From Azolla caroliniana (taxonomy: Eukaryota > Plantae > Polypodiophyta), in NCBI GenBank assembly GCA_043228905.1, contig JBHGNT010000012.1, positions 8,866,001 through 8,930,000 on the forward strand: a DNA stretch of 64,000 nt. Direction: 5' to 3'. The translations under genes and the position numbers were made by a program. Below are positions 13,148 to 26,937 of this stretch, in pieces. The number at the start of each line of letters is the position of its first letter. Positions within the stretch are counted from its first letter, which is position 1. The notes under the pieces are model-generated. The model did no database searches, was not told the origin of the DNA, and saw only the letters and a program-made list of their open reading frames with translations.

Positions 13148-13848
13148 GAGGATTCGCCTCCGAGACTATCTCGATTCCTTTCATGATTGGCTCGCACTGT
13201 TAGGAATTGGACCGATCTTTGGTTGTCAAGACTCTTTATTCGTGCGAAGGCCGCCCGCTTCACCGCGATCCAGTCCGCTACGAGCCCATTTGCTTGGGTA
13301 TCATCTTCGAGAAGAGTCCCCAACTCCCGTCTATCCTTTATGTCCACGGCCTTCAAGAAGTACAAAGTCTTGTCCTCTTCAAGCAACACTTGGTCCGTAT
13401 TGGGGAGACGACTAAACATCTGGTCGAATTCGTCGTACACCCTCGAGACGCTCATCTTCTTATTCTTCTTCTCTATCCACTTCATTAGGGCATGTCGAGT
13501 CATCCTCGTTGAGTCTTCAGTCACGAACTCCGCTAGTATCGTTTTCTAGAACTCGGACCATGTTGTCTTTCCTTCTTGAAGCTCGATGACGCGTCTTTGG
13601 ATGTTGTTGGCGACAACTCTCTTGAAGCTTGCGATTTGACATGCCTCGGACACGTCCCTTTGATTCATCTCCCTCTTATATGCATCAAGGAACTTCGTAA
13701 CGTTCCTTCCATCGAATTGGCCCTCGAGCTCTACGACACGATCGACAGCCTTCTCCACGCTCACGTCGTTGTCCCGAGATCTCATCATTTGCTCGACGAT
13801 TAGCATCATCCTTTCGAGCTCTCTTGCTTGGTTGCTTGAGGACACCAT
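13138..13848 (-). pseudogene. gag: Gypsy gag-PR ORF1 with a large in-frame internal deletion and one stop
   Basis: FDGRNVTKFLDAY...DWIAVKRA joined directly to AFARIKS...DF*; compare ORF 42755-44869; stop at 13546-13548. Confidence 0.85.
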
Positions 13849-13890
13849 CTCCAAGTATTAATCTCGACTTGATCCTTCCTACCGCCTCTG

Positions 13891-13907
13891 TCACGTCGGG
13901 TTCACCA
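13891..13907 (-). other. Primer-binding site complementary to the tRNA-Trp 3' end
   Basis: TGGTGAACCCGACGTGA, identical to 42720-42736; complements the plant tRNA-Trp end ...TCACGTCGGGTTCA-CCA (recalled, not searched). Confidence 0.85.
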
Positions 13908-14315
13908 CTTAATTATGTCGTGAAGATCCGTCACTACGCGCGGATCGTGAGGCGAAACCGCCGGGGTTCTGGACCAGAAGGATTTAGAGTCGATACAAGC
14001 TTTGGCGAGAAAGTACTTAAGATAGATTGAGAAAGAGAGAAGTTGAGATTACACGATTGATTTGAAAACGAATTTCTTCCTCTTAATTTTCATAAAAAAA
14101 ACCGTGTTTTTCTCCTCCCCCTTCCCTCTTTTATAGATGCTCTCATGCATATGATGCATGTGAGGGTACAAGACATGCATAAATTGCATGTTTGCCATTT
14201 GGCGCTTAAGTATTACATGTGGTGCATGCTAACCATGTCACTCATTTTAGCTCTCATGGATGAGAATTTACATGTAAAAGTACAATGATAGAAACATAAT
14301 TTCAACTAAATACTA

Positions 14316-14369
14316 TGGCTTAATGGTAAGCCATTTGACTCCTAACTTGGAGGTGCAAGGTTTGAATCC
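14316..14369 (+). promoter_or_regulatory. tRNA-like A/B-box cassette antisense to the minus-strand Gypsy LTR (copy at 8924-8977)
   Basis: TGGCTTAATGG ... GGTTTGAATCC, spacing 45; D-stem GGCTT/AAGCC; CT-CCT-AA anticodon-loop-like. Confidence 0.7.
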
Positions 14370-17300
14370 ATACTTGCCCTCCTTGTATATGTATATATTT
14401 TTATATATTTATTTTATCTAGTCGCCGGTTCGCCGGATGCCGACGCCAACGCCGGACGGATCACCGGCTCCATCGCCGGACCGGTTTTGGTTGGCCAAAA
14501 CCCTTTTCGAGTAGCTAGCCACCTCCACTCTAAGTTCAAGTTACCTTGAACTCTCTATGCTCCACACATAGACACAAAGATAATATCTTATGCTCCACCT
14601 TATATATGATGAGAGCCGTATTTCTCGTGCCTATGTGGGATATCTCACAATTTTCTCTTTTCTTTTCACAAACTTTATACCCTCATATCTTGACATTTAG
14701 TTGTCTATTTCTCGTGTAATAAAGTGCATTCGAAACCTCCATCATTTTGTACTTAGATATTAAAAATGTTATCTTCACAATTATTGTATTACGTGATTCA
14801 TACTCGATTTTGTACGTTTTATGGGATTTTCACACTATTGCCGAAAATCTTCACGACAACGGTTCCGACAGATTATCGGAAGCTCAATCTATTTGACGAT
14901 CACACAACCGGATTTTAGTTACCCGGCTGCCTTGATCAGTTAATTTATATCGCAACCCATGACTGAACACTTTCAATGCACGCAACGGATATTGCGATAT
15001 GTCAGTGGCGCGAAAGACATGGCGTTGTTGTATTGTACAAGCGTAGCCGAACAGTTAGTTGGCTACCCGGATGTTGATTCGGCCGGAAATGCCCACGATT
15101 GTAGACCCACATCTGAATACGCATTCTCATTTGGAAGTGTAATGATCACGTGGAGCAGTAAGAAGTAGCTGACAATGGCATTGTCTAGGTCGGAGGCCGA
15201 ATATCGAGGGGCGATTGTTGCTACGTGCGAAGTCATTTGGCTGGAACGACTATTACGGGATTTGCATGTGGAGTTGTCCAATCAGACGATGATCTATTGC
15301 AATAACCTCAACAGCATCCACCTTGTGAAGAACCCTGTATTCCACGCCCGGATGAACCACATTGAGGTGCACTACCACTTTGTCCGCGAGCGTGTCCTTT
15401 TTGGTGAAGTCGAACTGGCGTACGTTCCGACGGGTCGGGAGGTTGCCGACATTTTCACCAAGCCCCTTGGTCTCAACAAGTTACGACATTTCTCAGGTGA
15501 GTTGGGTTTGCATCACCTCGACACGCCGAACTAAGACATGGTCGGACATAGTTAAGGGCCTAAAGAATGAAGACGAATTGGAGACAACCAATTCGGGTGA
15601 AAGCGGGAATGGATTGGAAATGTTCGATTTGGATATGCTGAATCAACTGAGGGCCAAATGGAGTAAAGGGCAGCGAAAGAGACGCCAACACCGCAACAGC
15701 AAGGGAGCTGAGAGTAGACGAGCCGACCGAAAGGGTCGAGGAGCGCGGAATCCGACGGGTCGAGGAGCGCGAGCGAGTTGTGAAGCCAAGAGAAGACAGA
15801 GCGAAGATCCGGAAAAACATAGGGAACCTCAAGTTGAGCTTGAGGGGGAGTGTTGAGAGACGAGCTCAACATTAGGTGCGTAAATGGGTGCGTAACCCAG
15901 TGCGTAGACTGGGTGCGTAAAATCGTACGCAAAATATGGCCATAGCGGTATGTAAACTGAGAGGCTGTTAGAATGTTATTCCTCGTAAGGAATAATTGTG
16001 GGAGTAAGTGTCGGATGCTCATTTATGAGCAGTCAGGTACTGTAAGTACTTGTGTCAGCCCAATAGTCAGCGCTTGTATAAAAAGGTGCTCATTGAGCAC
16101 GAAGGATGTATAGAGAACATACAAGGAACTATTTTGAAAGTAGTTTCGTTTTGCTCTCTCTCTCTCTCTCTTTGTCTCTCCCTCTCTTTCTCTGTGATTC
16201 TTGTGTTTTACGGAACTGTCGTACTTCCGAACCGTGTACTCTATGTATTTCGCATATGCTTCCGCACACGTATTCTTTTACAAAAGATTTTAGTGAAAAA
16301 GACGCCAAAGGAAGGAAGAAAGAAGAATAGAAGAGACGACGATGAAGAAGATGAGGAAGATAAAGAAGATGAAGAAGAAGAGAGAAAAGAAGACATAAAC
16401 CAGTCTTCACTCTAAGTGTGATAATCACAGAAGATAGAAGAAGAAGACGAAGAAAAGAGAAACCTATCATGAGTGTGATATTTGTAGATGATTCCTCAAT
16501 CCATGAAGGCATAATTGTAAATAATTACAATTTGAAGTAGAACATCCTGATACACACTTACACTGATTTATAGAATAAGGGAATGTCGACATTCATATTA
16601 CTACAAGTATTTTAGGATGTGAAATGTTTAAATGTCTTATATGCATTTTAGGATGTAGAACTATATTGTACATCACAAAATTGTGTAAACATAGATGTTT
16701 TTAATAATTTTATAGATATTTTTAGAAAGGTAAATAATTTTCAAATTCTAGAAGTATTTAATGTACTATACGTAAACTACGTATCTTACGTATTTTAAAT
16801 TGGGAGGTACTATACGCGTATTAATACGGTATATATGTACGGTAGCCGACCAAGATACACTTCTCATCTTTCGCGTCCAGCTTCCTCCAATTCTCCTTCG
16901 GCACATGCACATATGCGACGCTACCGAAAACCCTCAAGTGGCGTAGATTCAGCTTCCCTCCGAAATACAGCTTATGTGCCGACACTTTTTCTCCGATCTG
17001 ATTTTGGATGTAGACCGTAGTTCGGACCGCTTCAGCCCAATAGAACTTGGGCATGCTCTTTTCTTCCAGCATTGCCCGTGCCACTTCCACAACCGACCGA
17101 TTCTTCCTTTCAGCTACGCGATTTTGCTCCCGTGTATAGCTGCAACTGAATTCACACCGAATTCCCATTTGTGGCAGATAACTGTTGAATTGGCCGGAAA
17201 AGTACTCTTTTCCGCCATCCGACCGCAGGCACTTGATCTTCCTCCCTGTTTCCCTTTCGACAAGAATTTTGAGGTTCTGGAAACAATCGAAGACTTCACT

Positions 17301-18144
17301 CTTCTTTTCGATGAGGTAGATCCGTGTGTGTCGAGTGTAGTCGTCCATGAAGGAGGTAGATCCGTGTGTGTCGCAATATCGACTCCCGCCAAGACTCACG
17401 TTCTGTGCTAGTCCCCATACATCTGAATGTATCAGGTCGAGCTTATTTTGACTCTGATTACGCTCGTTTGGGAAAGGAAGTCCGTGTTGCTTCCCTAGCT
17501 AGCAGGCTTCAAAAATTTGGGCCTTTCGACCACTGAATTTCGGCAATCCGAACACAACTTGTTTGGATTGCAGGTTCTGAAGCCTTTGGTAGTTGACATG
17601 GCCTATCCTCTTATGCCACAAGTCGATATCCGACTCAACTTTTTGTCCTTTCATGAACATGGCGGTGCCTAGGTCATTGGTGTCGAGGATGAACATCCTT
17701 CCATCTCTATGCCCTTGCACAATAACTTGGCCTTCTTCCTCAATGAAGCACCCGAGATGCGTGAACCGGACTTGCATCCCCTAGTTGACGATCGGTCCGA
17801 CTGACACCAGATTCTTCGTAATTGTTGGGATGTCTAACATGTTCATTAGCTTCCCTTTTTGCCCAACGTGGCTGAGGGGCACGTCACCTACATGTACGAT
17901 CAGATGCGGAGTGTCGTCTCCTGTTGCGACTACTTCAGATTGTTCCAGTTTTTGCAGATATTAGAAACACTCTTTATGGCTCGTCATATGGTTTGACGCT
18001 CCGTACTCAACATACCACACTTTATCCGATTTCGAGGTGGTCTTCTTCATCGAGTTGGCTTGGTTTCTTGTCATGAAAGTTGCCCCCTTTTCGACTTTTT
18101 CGGATCCTTCGGCATAGTGCGTCCGTTGCCAATTTCCGTGCTCG

Positions 18145-21100
18145 TGACGTGAAATATGTGGATTAATCTCCGGCCACAACCGAAGCGTAGATCACTTGAT
18201 GACAATCAAAACACAGACGAAATGGGAATGGAGGAAAGTCGACAAAACAGAAAGAGAATACACAAGATATTAACGTGGAAAACCCTGAGAGGGAAAAACC
18301 ACAGGAGTCTACAGACTCCAAACTATCACTCTATAAAGTAATACAACAGGGAACACAGAGGCAACGACCTCTTGCTCACAATCTTCGCCTAGCGGCGGTT
18401 ACAACAGAGACATGCTCTGTATCGCTCTCTCTGTCTCTCTCTCTATACGGTCGTTACACCAATAACTCTATCGTCATTATTAAGTTTGCCCTAGGTCATA
18501 TCTATACTAATATGACATTCGGGCTATTTACAAATATAGCCCCAGTGGGCTCTTTGGAACATATTTACATATATGTCCCTTCCATCCGATGAGAGGTTCT
18601 CACCGGGCCTACAACATCCGGTCCTCACCGGGTCTTCCTTCCCGGGCACTCGTCATCCGGTTCTCACCGGGTCTTCCATTGCCGGGTACTCCACATCCGG
18701 ATTCGGTCTCGGCCAAGTTGCTCATCAACACTGTTCTTCTCACTTCCCATACAGAGGGACCTGTTTCCTAACAAACTCCCCCTTCACTATGGCATGGGAT
18801 GTCTTACTAGTCCGATCCGCTTCCCACATGCATCAAGCTTGTGGGGTATCAATACTTTGGTTAGCATATCTGACCTGTTCTCGGCCGTGTGGATCTTCGT
18901 CAGTGCGAACTCTCGATCTTCTACTCGCTCCCGGATCCAGTGATACCTACGCTGGATGTGCTTCGTCCTGGAATGGTACGTCGCGTTCTTAGCAAGGTGG
19001 ATGACACTTTGACTATCGCAATAGAGCCGGTATTCATCTTGCCGGATACCGAGCTCTCCGATGAAGTCCTTCATCCATAATATTTCCTTCATCTTGCCGG
19101 ATACCGAGCTCTCCGATGAAGTCCTTCATCCATAATATTTCCTTTATCTTGCCGGATACCGCCATGTACTCCGCCTCCGTGGTTGACAACGCAACCATGT
19201 TCTGCAGCCTCGACTGCCACGAAACAGTTCCCCCTTGATATGTCATTACATAGTAGACCGGTTGGTATCCACATTAGCTGACATGTCCGACTCGGTAAAA
19301 CCATCAAGTTGAGGTTTACCGGAGCCGAATCGGAGACACATATTCAAAGTGCCCTTCAAGTACCGAAGTATCCATTTGACCGCGTTCTAGTGCTCCTTGC
19401 CGGGATTGCTCATAAACCGGCTCACCACTCCGACTGCGTATCCAATATCCGGCCGAGTACACACCATTGTGTACATCAAGCTCCCGACAGCAGAGGCATA
19501 TGGAACCTTCACCATATCCGCCTTCTCAGCTTTCGTCTTTGGGCTTTGCTTACTGGATAGTCTGCAGTTTTTCGGGAGTGTCGATCCGACCGGTTTCGCT
19601 TCTAACATGTTGAGCCGCTGAAGCACCTTTGTCACGTATTTCTCTTGTGACAACCACAATTGCTTCTTTGACTGGTCCCAGATGATGTGCATCCCCAGTA
19701 TCTGTCTTGCAGGACCCAAGTCTTTCATTGAGAAAGTTCGGTTGAGAGCCTTCTTCAACATCTGTATTTTGGCTTGGTCCCGTCCGACGATCAACATGTC
19801 GTCCACGTACAGAAGGAGTATCAGGAAGTCTCCACCTTCGAACTTCTTCACAAATACGAAGTAATCGGCCTACGTCTTGTGGTACCCTTGATCGTTCATG
19901 AAGGAGTCGAACTTCCGGTACCATTGTCGGGGAGCCTACTTCAACCCATAGAGGCTCTTTTTTAACCGGAAAACCACGTGCTCCTTCCCTTTCTTCACAA
20001 ATCCCTCCGGTTGCTACATGTAGATCTCCTCTTCGAGGTCACCGTGAAGGAATGTCGTCTTCACGTCCAGCTGCTCTACCTCGAGCTCCATGCTTGCCGC
20101 TATACTCAACATCGTTCGGATGGAAGTCATCTTTACTACCGGGGCAAATATCTCGTCGAAGTCCACACCCTTCTTCTGCTGGAACCCCTTCACCACGATC
20201 CTGGCTTTGTATCTCAGGGGTTTGCCGACATCTCCAAGTTTCAACTTGTACACCCACTTATTTCGGAGTGCCCGCTTTTCTTTCGGCAACTCCACCAATT
20301 CGTACGTATGGTTCTCATGAAGGGAATCTATCTCATCCTGCATGGCACTTAACCATTTGCGGCTGTGGGTGTCATCCCTCGCTTCTTCGAAGCTTTCCGG
20401 CTCTCCCTGATCGGTCAGCAGCACATGCTCTGCATCCGGAAATCTCCGGGGGGGCCTTCTCTCTCTGAGAGGATATCTCCGTCTTTGGCCTTCGGCAACC
20501 GGCTCCACTATTTGTTCTTCATCCGAATCCGATTTGGGGTCTTGGCTAGTTCCGGTTTCAGCTTCCTCTACTTCTTCTGCCGGTTTGGTATCCTCCCCGT
20601 AACCGGCTGGTTCCTCGAGTGTCAACCGGCTCTTAGCCAGGTGGCTCTGAATCTCATCGGAGTTCATAATCTTCTTCTCCGACTCCCAGTCGGCAAGAGT
20701 CTTGTCCTCCATGAAGATAATATCTTGGCTTCGGAAAGCCTTCTTGTCAACTGGATCCCACACTCGGTAGCCGAACTCATCATCGTCGTATCCGAGGAAT
20801 ATGCATGGCCAGGTCTTTGGATCCAACTTTCCTCTCCGGTCCTTAGCAACATGCACATATGCGAGACACCCAAACACCTTCAGATGCCAGTAGGACACTT
20901 CCTTACCGGTCCATACTCTTTGCGGCGTGTCTCCGTCCAAGGGTACTGAGGGTGATCTGTTTATCACGTATGTCGCCGTCGACACTACCTCAACCCAAAA
21001 CGACTTGAGTAATTTTGCATGCACCAACATACTCAGAACCCTCTCCATTATGGTCCGGTTCATCCTCTCGGCCAGCCCGTTCAGTTCCCGCGTCTTCGGC

Positions 21101-23607
21101 ACGGTAAATTCGAGCCGGATTCCCTTCGAGCGATAGTACTCCTCGAACTGCCCCAGGTATTCACCTCCGTTATCTGCTCGAACTGCCTTCAACTTCCGGC
21201 CGGTTTCTCTTTCCACTCTTGCGTGGAGCTCTTGGAAGACGGATAGCACCTGATCCTTTGTCTTCAATGGTGTGGCCCACAGCTTCCGGTTGTGGTCATC
21301 TATGAACGTCATAAAGTACTGCGATCTGGCATGTGACTTCGTGTCCACTTGACACACATCAGTATGCACCAACTCCAGTGGTGCATTACGTCTCATCGGT
21401 GGCCTCGATCGGAAGGAGGTCCGGTTTTGTTTACCGGCCAGACAATCAGTGCACTTCTCCAAGTACACGTTCTTCACTGGAATGAGGTTGTCGTTTGCAA
21501 GCCTCTTCATCCCCTTCTCGCTCATGTGACACAACTTCTTGTGCCACATCTCACCGGCAATGTCGGAAGCCACGTTCACTTCTTCTGGGCATAACCGGGC
21601 ATTCATAAGGTACAACGTGTTGACCTTCCGGGCCCGAGCCACAATCAGGCTCCCTTTGCTGAACTTCATAACACCATTCTGGATGCTACCCTTGTAGCCT
21701 TCATCATCTAGCCGACCGGCTGATATCAGGTTCAGTCGAACCTCCAGAACGTGTCGGACATCCTTCAGCAGCAGCTTGCATCCGGTTGGTGTTGTCAACC
21801 ACATGTTTCCTATGCTGACAATTCGGCATGTACCTTCATTCCCCATCCGGACACAGCCGTGATCACCGGCTGAGTAGGATGAGAAGCATTTCCGGTCTGG
21901 GGTAAGGTGGAACGATGCTCCGGAATCGACAAACCACGTTGTCTCGTCGCCGGCAAGGTTCAACTCACTCTCCTCGGTGATGAGCATCAACTCTTGTTCA
22001 CTTGCCGTGATTGCCATCGTCCCCTTCCGGTTCGTTCCCCTCCGGTCTTTACCGTTCCGGTCCGGTGTCCGCTTCGAATCGGTACCATCAGTTTCCTTGT
22101 CTTTTCTGAAGTGCCGACAGTTCTTCTGGAAGTGTCCCGACTTGCCACAATAGAAGCAGGTAGGCCTCCCCCTTGACTTTGACCGTGACCCCGACTTCTC
22201 CCGGTTCTGGGGACTACGGTTCCTTTGTCTTTCGCGTTCCAATTCGGTAATGAGCGCTTTGGAGTTGGATTTCGTATCCTTGTCTTTCCAATGCGCTTCC
22301 TCATCCAGCAAGCTCGACTTCACTCTTGCTAGGGATAACCGTTTCCCTTCCAGCCCGGCATTGCCCAAAGTGACAACCAACATCTCCCAGCTATCTGGGA
22401 GGGAACCGAGCAGGAGTAGTGCTAGTACCTCATCGGCGAGAGGTACTTCCAATGATGTTGCCTGGTGTATCAGCCCCTGGAAGGCATTCATGTGCTCCGC
22501 CATGCTGGAGCCATCTTGGTACTGGAGTCTTACTAGCTTCCGAAATACCGAAACCTGATTAACAACATTTTTGTTCTGAAACATAATGTTGATCTTCTCC
22601 CAGAGCTCATGAGCCTTGCTCTCTTCATTGAAGTTGTTGTATAGACTCATGTCGATGAAGCACCGTATGTACGCCATTGTCTTCATGTGCATCACCTCCC
22701 ATATCGTGGCATCGATTTTGTCCGGTCTCTTGTCCCCGAACTGAACCGGCAGCCAAAGATCTTTAACCACGAGCATGTCCCTCATCTTCGACTTCCACAC
22801 TGAATAGTTGGAGCCGATGAGCTTGAACATGCCTCCCAATGAATTGTCCATTTTTCTGTGTCATTTCGCTCTGATACCAATTTGACGTGAAATACGTGGA
22901 TTAATCTCCAGCCACAACTGAAGCGTAGATCACTTGATGACAATCAAAACACAGAAGAAATGGGAATGGAGGAAAGTCGACAAAACAGAAAGAGAATACA
23001 CAAGATATTAACGTGGAAAACCCTGAGAGGGAAAAACCACGGGAGTCCACAGACTCCAAACTATCACTCTATAAAGTAATACAACAGGGAGCACAGAGGC
23101 AACGACCTCTTGCTCACAATCTTCGCCTAACGGTGGTTACAACAGAGACATGCTAAGTATCGCTCTCTCTGTCTCTCTCTCTGTACGGTCGTTACACCAA
23201 TAACTCTATCATCATCATTATTAAGTTTGACCTAGGTCATATTTATACTAATATGACTTTCGGGCTATTTACAAATATAGCCCTAGTGGGCTCTCTGGAA
23301 CATATTTACATATATGTCCCTTCCATCCGATGAGAGGTTCTCACCGGGCTTGCAACATCCAGTTCTAACCGGGTCTTCCTTGCTGGGCACTCGTCATCCG
23401 GTTCTCACTAGGTCGTCCGTTGCCGGGTACTCCACATCTGGTTCTCACTGGGTCTTCCGTTGCCGGGTACTCCATATCCGGTTCTCACCGCGTCTTCCGT
23501 TGACGGGTACTCCACATCCGGATTCGGCCTTGGTCTATCGGCTCAGCCGAGTTGCTCATCAACACTGTTCTTCTCACTTCCCATTCGAAGGGACCTGTTT
23601 CCTAACA
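18145..23607 (-). mobile_element. Full-length Ty1/copia element D (GC-rich Tork-like), decayed
   Basis: 5' LTR 22883-23607, 3' LTR 18145-18773; PBS-Met 22868-22879; PPT 18776-18785; TSD GCTCG/GTTCG (1 mismatch). Confidence 0.95.
18787..22851 (-). pseudogene. gag-pol: Copia D gag-pol with stops and a ~55-bp duplication in RNase H
   Basis: 945-aa ORF 20014-22851 (CFYCGKSGH, VDSGASFH, LVHTDVC, DVKTTFLHG); YVDD in ORF 19387-19851; TKHIQRRYHW in ORF 18787-19092. Confidence 0.93.
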
Positions 23608-26320
23608 GTTCGATCGGTCCGAATCCGGATCCGTCTTTCTCCGAATCATCGTGCTTCTTCCAACACTTGTTCTCCTTCTGGCCTTTCTTGCCACAATACC
23701 AGCATTCTACAAAGTGTTTCCCTTACCAGTTCTCGTTGCCTCCTCGACTCCCCTTGCTTCTGGAGGGTCCGGAATTGTTGTCGACATCACCACGATGCCT
23801 TCTTCCTTGCTCCCGTCAGCCGCGTCCATTGTGCGCCGACTCGCCAAAACCACGGGGCTTATCTCCCTCCTTGTACAACATCTTGTTGTCAATGTGCGTA
23901 CTCTTCAACACTGTTACCCCTAAAAATATACGGGGAGGCATAAAGGTATGTGTAATGATGTGGTTGATGTATATGTGTAAAGCTAATGAGTGTGTGAGGA
24001 TGAGTATGTGTATGGACACATCCACAATTATGTGCATGTGTACAAGAATGTGTAATGGTCTTATTTATAACGGTCATGTAACCATTACATTGGATGTATT
24101 ATATAAACCCACTATGGGGTATGTAATGAAATATACATTTTCCCCCTCTCATTTTGTGTCATTTCCTATTTGTCTCTCTCTCTAGCTCTCTCCCTATCGT
24201 AACCCCCTTGGGAGGGGGGTGAAGCCATTCTAGGCTTCACTCCCCACCCCCAACAACACTTTTGGCACGCCGGGACGACCAACCTCCCTTGAGAATAGGT
24301 CATTCTCTCTCTCCCTCACTCTCCCTCTCCATCACTAATCTCTATCTCTCCCTCTCTGTACATGTCTGTTAGTGTTTGTGTAGAGAGTATGGTGTTGTGC
24401 ATGGACTCTTTGTGTGGGAGCCAGCCTGTGATGGAGATATCAACATTATTCCCTTGAGAAGAAGTCCTTTTCTCTGACTATATTTGCACTTGAGGCTGCT
24501 TAGTAAAACCCTAACCCTAGCCTCTCTATGAGCTTTCTCTATTTTCCCCATTTCCAAACACCTACACTATTACAACTCCCTGATCAAGCCCTCAAGGTTT
24601 TGTCTGTGTGTTATCCTTCTTGATCCGAGTTCTACTCCCTGTAGCACTTCGCAATGACGAGCTCTCATTAGCTATATTTGCAAATTTGGAAAACGAGTGA
24701 CAGACGATGGGGATAATGCTGAAGTATAGCTTCTAAAAGAATATAACAAAAGAGACCTAGAATATGTGATATGGTATGGTGAGTTGAAAGGGGTCATCGA
24801 CATCAATGGTGCAATATTTTGACGTGAAGACCATAGTTAAGATTGATACATTTGATAAGACAATCAGAAGATTCAAAAGCTAGAGGTGGAGGGCAAATGT
24901 AGTGTTTGGTTGGTTCGTTCAACAAAACATGCCATTCTAAGAAGTGCTTCTTCTCCCATTCATATGGTTCCATTTAAGGGTGGTTTGAAGTAACAATTCT
25001 AGCGTATTGTAAGGACATTGGGATTATGGTTTCTACCATTGGAGCCCTCTTTGAGGATTGAGGAATGGGAAAAGGCCTTGGTTTGAGTGAGGAACCACGA
25101 CCAAGCATAGAGCCGACTACCAAGAAGAGGAGGACGAGGAAAGAGACGGGCATAGAAAGACCTACACAGCTAGTGGACAGAGCTGACCGCTGGACAGACA
25201 GACAACGACGACCAACATACGGCAGTTACGGAGACGACCATTGCTGCAAGGACAGTCGGACAGTCGGCTGATAGAGACAACCGACCACACGGTGATAGCC
25301 GGCGGCCAGAGAGCAACCGAGATGCGCAACCAAAAGCACAAACGAGACGCGTGAGCATATGGCCAAGACGCACAGCCGAGAATGCGGCTGAGAGTATTGC
25401 CAAGATGCGCAGTCGAGATGCGTGGCTGAGAGTACGGCCAAGTGATGGCCGAGAGACAGTTGGGCCGAGAATCAACGTCAGCCAAGAGCCTACCGAGATA
25501 TGGCTGATGTCTGATGCAACGGACGATCGACAACTGACGGTGGCAAAGCCGGAAAGACAGTCCAAAAGCCGTACAGAACCAGCCGCCGAGAGATGGCCGA
25601 AGTTCAACAGGTGTCCGGAAAGACACGGCCAAACCAAGAGCCTACTGTTCAAACAACTGCCGCACAGTGGCGGCCGAGCCAACATCCAACAGAGTTGGCC
25701 GAACAGACGGCGACGACCGTCGACCAGAGAGCATTCGACAGTCATGGCTGGCAGAGAGAGAAGGATGACCACGGATGGAAATGGCCATAGATGACCGATG
25801 GAAGAAGAGATAGATCAAAGCAACAGATAGAAAAGCAAGAAAGCAAAGGAGGACAATGACAAAGAAGGAGAAGAAGGACAAAAACGAAGAACAAGAAGAG
25901 GAAGAAGAAGCTAAAACCATGGCAGAGATAGTGGTTGTTGCAAGAAGGAAAGAGAAGAAGAAGAATAGACAACAACGTAGAGAAGAAGCAACAAGAAGAG
26001 AATGTTAATGTATCCGGTCACTATTTTGTCTTTTCTTTTTTTAATAATATTTATTATTATTATTAGATAGTAATATAAAACAAAACGAAAGTTTTGTTTC
26101 TTTAGTAATTATTACCCTTACTTTATTTCTTTAAAAGGGTAAATGTAAGTTACGTTTTTTAGTGAGTAAAGAAAGAAAAGAAAAATAATAATAATAATAA
26201 TAATAAAGAGGAAAACAAAACAAAACGACCGTTTTTGTTTTTGAGAGAGACAAAGAGAAGAGAGGGTGGAAAGGAAATATATATATATATGGGAAGAGGT
26301 GAGAACAAAAGTAGGAGGAG

Positions 26321-26460
26321 TGTGAAGCATAGTGAAGCATAGAGAAGCTTGGTGAAGCTTGGAGAAGCTTGGTGAAGCTTGGAAAAGCTTGGTGAAGCTT
26401 GGGGAAGCTTGGTGAAGCTTGGAGAAGCTTGGTGAAGCTTGGAGAAGCTTGGAGAAGCTT
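26321..26460. repeat. 10-bp tandem array (GGWGAAGCTT-like), 14 units in the 5' LTR vs 5 units at 31311-31360
   Basis: Direct count. Confidence 0.95.
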
Positions 26461-26937
26461 GGTGCTCAACTCATCTACTCCCAATCTCATTTCCATCTCC
26501 ACTACTCAACGTGAGATCTACACGGCTACTACTTCGACTTGTGGACGTTCTTATCCGGGTTTTCTTCTCTCTTCTTTTCTCTTATATGCTTGAGAGATAA
26601 TCTTATCCCTTTGGATTATTGTACCATCTTTGTCGGTAGTACTATGCTACATATCTCTACTTATTTCTAGTATATCTAGAAGTAGAATTTGTACTTGTGT
26701 TGTATCTCTTTGGTGATAGTGGATTGGTTTTGGACTTTTGTCCCGTGGTTGTTTCCCGCATTGAGGGGTTTTCCACGTTAAATCTTGTGTAATCTTTGTT
26801 GTGTCATTGTGTGTGTTTCTTGTGTTTCTTTTTCATTATAATTGAGCATAAAACGTGACGCATGTTACACTCTTATGTGTCTATACCTCATCAAATGGTA
26901 TCAGAGCAGAGCTTGTGTTTTTTTTGCTCAATTATAA

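Larger units (their letters stand above)
8544..14858 (-). mobile_element. Ty3/gypsy non-chromovirus element, tRNA-Trp primed (Phygy-like, tentative)
   Basis: 5' LTR 13916-14858 (TGTCGTG...CACGACA); 3' LTR 8544-9587 lacks ~20 terminal bp; PBS 13891-13907; PPT 9588-9599; RT-RH-INT order; no chromodomain after the GPY motif. Confidence 0.95.
7370..16282 (+). mobile_element. Degenerate Ty1/copia element B (extended-Pol family): gag tail, RT, RNase H, 3' extension, 3' LTR; PR-INT deleted; interrupted by Gypsy 8544-14858
   Basis: ECWYCGKEGH knuckle ~7500; EPESY..WDLVD, LYGLKQAPRAW, YVHDLVI; RT resumes RFRQIIGS at 14860; HIEVHYHFVRE; PPT GAGGGGGAG 15842-15850; LTR TGTTGAG...TTTACA 15851-16282. Confidence 0.9.

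Noticed and set aside
25065-26002. Host gene in overlapping 150-200 aa ORFs
   Set aside because: GC-rich then GAA low-complexity sequence inside a putative LTR, open on both strands, no recognisable domain
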